Source: Myxococcota bacterium
Lineage (GTDB): Bacteria; Myxococcota_A; UBA9160; UBA4427
Length of the DNA: 64,000 bases
Direction of reading: 5' to 3'
Assembly (NCBI GenBank): GCA_029243605.1
Contig: JAQWRT010000069.1
Coordinates: 22,926-86,925 of the forward strand
Under the pieces are notes generated by a model, which saw only the letters and a program-made list of their open reading frames with translations, searched no databases and was not told the origin of the DNA. Positions 62,262 to 64,000 of the stretch are shown piece by piece (within the stretch, counting starts at the first letter, position 1; every line of letters starts with the position of its first letter). Made by a program: the position numbers and the translations under genes.

Positions 62262-62537
62262 TCAGCGCTTCACCTTTCTATCCGTGGCGTGCCCCGTGAA
62301 TTTCCGGGTGGGGGCGAATTCGCCAAGCCTGTGGCCGACCATATTCTCCGTCACGAAGACCGGCATAAAGAGCTTGCCGTTGTGAACGTGAAAGGTCATC
62401 CCGACGAAGTCGGGGGTGATCATCGACCGGCGCGACCATGTCCGAATGACCTGCTTGGAGCTGGCACCGGCGACACGATCTACCTTCTTCTGAAGACTGG
62501 GGTCGACGAAGGGACCCTTTTTCAATGAACGAGCCAT
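62262..62537 (-). CDS. rpsS: 30S ribosomal protein S19
   Basis: [12 protein letters not shown]...[25 protein letters not shown]...[11 protein letters not shown]. Confidence 0.97.
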   Translation of the reverse strand: MARSLKKGPFVDPSLQKKVDRVAGASSKQVIRTWSRRSMITPDFVGMTFHVHNGKLFMPVFVTENMVGHRLGEFAPTRKFTGHATDRKVKR

Positions 62538-63368
62538 CTATTTCTTCCCTCGCCGCTTGACGATGTACTTATCGGATGAAGAATTCTTTCGGGTCTTTCG
62601 ACCCTTGGTGGGCTTGCCCCAAGGCGTACAAGGATGTCGCCCACCCGAGGATCGCCCTTCGCCACCACCCATGGGGTGGTCGACAGGATTCATGGCGACA
62701 CCTCTCACATTGGGCCTCTTGCCCTTCCATCGAGAGCGGCCAGCCTTTCCAATGCGCTGGTTCTCGTGCTCCCAATTGCCAACCTGACCAATTGTGGCCA
62801 TGCACTCGATGCGGACCATTCTCATCTCGCCGCTGGGGAGACGAAGAGTCGCAAGCTTGCCTTCCCGGGCCATCAACTGCGCGCTGGTTCCCGCAGAACG
62901 AACCATCTGTGCGCCCTTGCCAGGCTTGAGTTCGATCGCATGAAGCTGGGTTCCCAACGGGATATTCGCGATGGGCATGGCATTGCCCGGGCTCATATCA
63001 GCCTCGGAGCCCGACTGCACCATATCGCCGACCTTCAGACCATTCGGGGCCAAGATGTACCGCTTCTCACCGTCGAGGTAATGGAGCAAGGCGATATTGG
63101 CCGAACGATTCGGATCGTATTCGATCGCAGCAACCCTGGCCTTAATACCGGTCTTCTCTCGTCGGAAATCCACCTTCCGATGGCGCCGCTTGTGGCCGCC
63201 ACCGCGCTGGAAGGCAGTAGTCCGGCCATAGACGTTCCGGCCGCCGCTTTTGTTTGCTCGGCCACCGAGAAGGGACCGCTCAGGCTTGCCCCGGGTGATC
63301 TCCTCGAAGCCGGAGACACTCATATTTCGCCGGCCCGGACTGGTCGGCTTGTAGACTTTCACGGGCAT
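62538..63368 (-). CDS. rplB: 50S ribosomal protein L2
   Basis: [14 protein letters not shown]...[10 protein letters not shown]...[16 protein letters not shown]. Confidence 0.97.
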   Translation of the reverse strand: MPVKVYKPTSPGRRNMSVSGFEEITRGKPERSLLGGRANKSGGRNVYGRTTAFQRGGGHKRRHRKVDFRREKTGIKARVAAIEYDPNRSANIALLHYLDGEKRYILAPNGLKVGDMVQSGSEADMSPGNAMPIANIPLGTQLHAIELKPGKGAQMVRSAGTSAQLMAREGKLATLRLPSGEMRMVRIECMATIGQVGNWEHENQRIGKAGRSRWKGKRPNVRGVAMNPVDHPMGGGEGRSSGGRHPCTPWGKPTKGRKTRKNSSSDKYIVKRRGKK

Positions 63369-63372
63369 CCGC

Positions 63373-63660
63373 TCAGACTCCTTCGAAGAATTCGATCGAG
63401 TGGCCCTCTGCCAACTCGACGATTGCCTTCTTCCACGCAGGCTTTCGCCCGATTACACGGCCCACTCTTCGTTTCTTGCCCTGCTGCCGCATGGTTCGAA
63501 CCTTCTTCACCTGAACATCGAAGAGTTCTTCCACGGCCTGCTTGATCTCGAGCTTGTTGGCTCGAAGATCCACAGCGAAGGTGGCGAGATTCTGCTCCTC
63601 TCGACCGATCATGCTCTTCTCGGTCTGCAGGGGGCGTTGAATAATCTGGTGGACGTTCAT
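63373..63660 (-). CDS. rplW: 50S ribosomal protein L23
   Basis: [46 protein letters not shown]. Confidence 0.95.
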   Translation of the reverse strand: MNVHQIIQRPLQTEKSMIGREEQNLATFAVDLRANKLEIKQAVEELFDVQVKKVRTMRQQGKKRRVGRVIGRKPAWKKAIVELAEGHSIEFFEGV

Positions 63661-64000
63661 GCCGTCGCTCCCTCCAGCTTGCTGCCGGACATCCGCGCCT
63701 GAAGCGCTTCAATAGCCGCCCGGGTAATCAGCATCTTGGGGTGTCGGAGCACGTCGTATACGTTCAGGCCGTCAACCCGGATCAGACCCACTCCCGGGAT
63801 GTTCCGGATCGAAGCCTCAAGCATCGGCTTCGCGTCCTCGATGACAACTAGGAGCTGCGTACCGCCAAGGCCCAGCTTCTCGATCGCTTCCATGGCCCGC
63901 TTGGTCTTGTACTCGTCCAGGTCCAGGTCGTCGACTACGGTGATCGCTCCCTCCTGGAGCCATTGAGTCAGCGCGCTGACCAGTGCCGCACGGCGAACCT
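63657..64000 (-). CDS. rplD: 50S ribosomal protein L4, C-terminal part (5' end beyond the right window edge)
   Basis: The frame stays open to the window edge: ...[55 protein letters not shown]...[21 protein letters not shown]. The track lists only the part from an internal Met (63657-63893). Confidence 0.92.
   Translation of the reverse strand, partial: VRRAALVSALTQWLQEGAITVVDDLDLDEYKTKRAMEAIEKLGLGGTQLLVVIEDAKPMLEASIRNIPGVGLIRVDGLNVYDVLRHPKMLITRAAIEALQARMSGSKLEGATA

Overview
This is a high-GC bacterial chromosomal segment. A hand count of one typical coding line gives 42/60 G+C. The cell-envelope genes are Gram-negative in type (MurJ, FtsB, SPOR, a lipobox lipoprotein, TlpA). Nearly all genes are housekeeping genes on the minus strand; only the vanZ-like gene, cstA, mgtE, the tauE-like gene and hppA are on the plus strand.

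Layout:
- 0-17 kb: tig (cut by the left edge and absent from the ORF track), tRNA-Leu(UAG), tRNA-Lys(CUU), a fused HyuA/HyuB oxoprolinase, murJ, a KamA-family aminomutase next to a Ddl-like ATP-grasp ligase, cstA, rph-rdgB, an amidase, a transglutaminase-like lipoprotein, rpoZ and an H1-like (KKKAT)n protein.
- 17.2-18.9 kb: an AT-rich, gene-poor segment. It holds an unlisted 28-codon bS22-like gene and khpA.
- 19-51 kb: mgtE, an Nma111-like double HtrA/PDZ protease, thrC-hom-aminotransferase, hppA, leuA, recG, carB-carA-pyrC-pyrB-pyrR, lepB-lepA-rfbD, argS, ftsB and a TlpA-like gene.
- 51.1-64 kb: the S10/spc/alpha ribosomal cluster (rplD to rplQ, with secY, adk, map, rpoA and an unlisted rpmJ).

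I found no mobile element, CRISPR array or recognisable defence system.

Items most worth a second look:
1. The KamA + ATP-grasp pair upstream of murJ.
2. The spc operon lacks rplX and rpsN. The L14 stop abuts the L5 start, and only 13 nt separate L5 from S8.
3. A 23-codon Leu-rich leader ORF and a structured ~340-nt leader upstream of leuA.
4. The bS22-like mini-gene inside the AT-rich segment.
5. A PyrR-binding RNA hairpin upstream of pyrR.
6. The Nma111-type protease.

All functional calls come from reading the translations and motifs. No database search was run.
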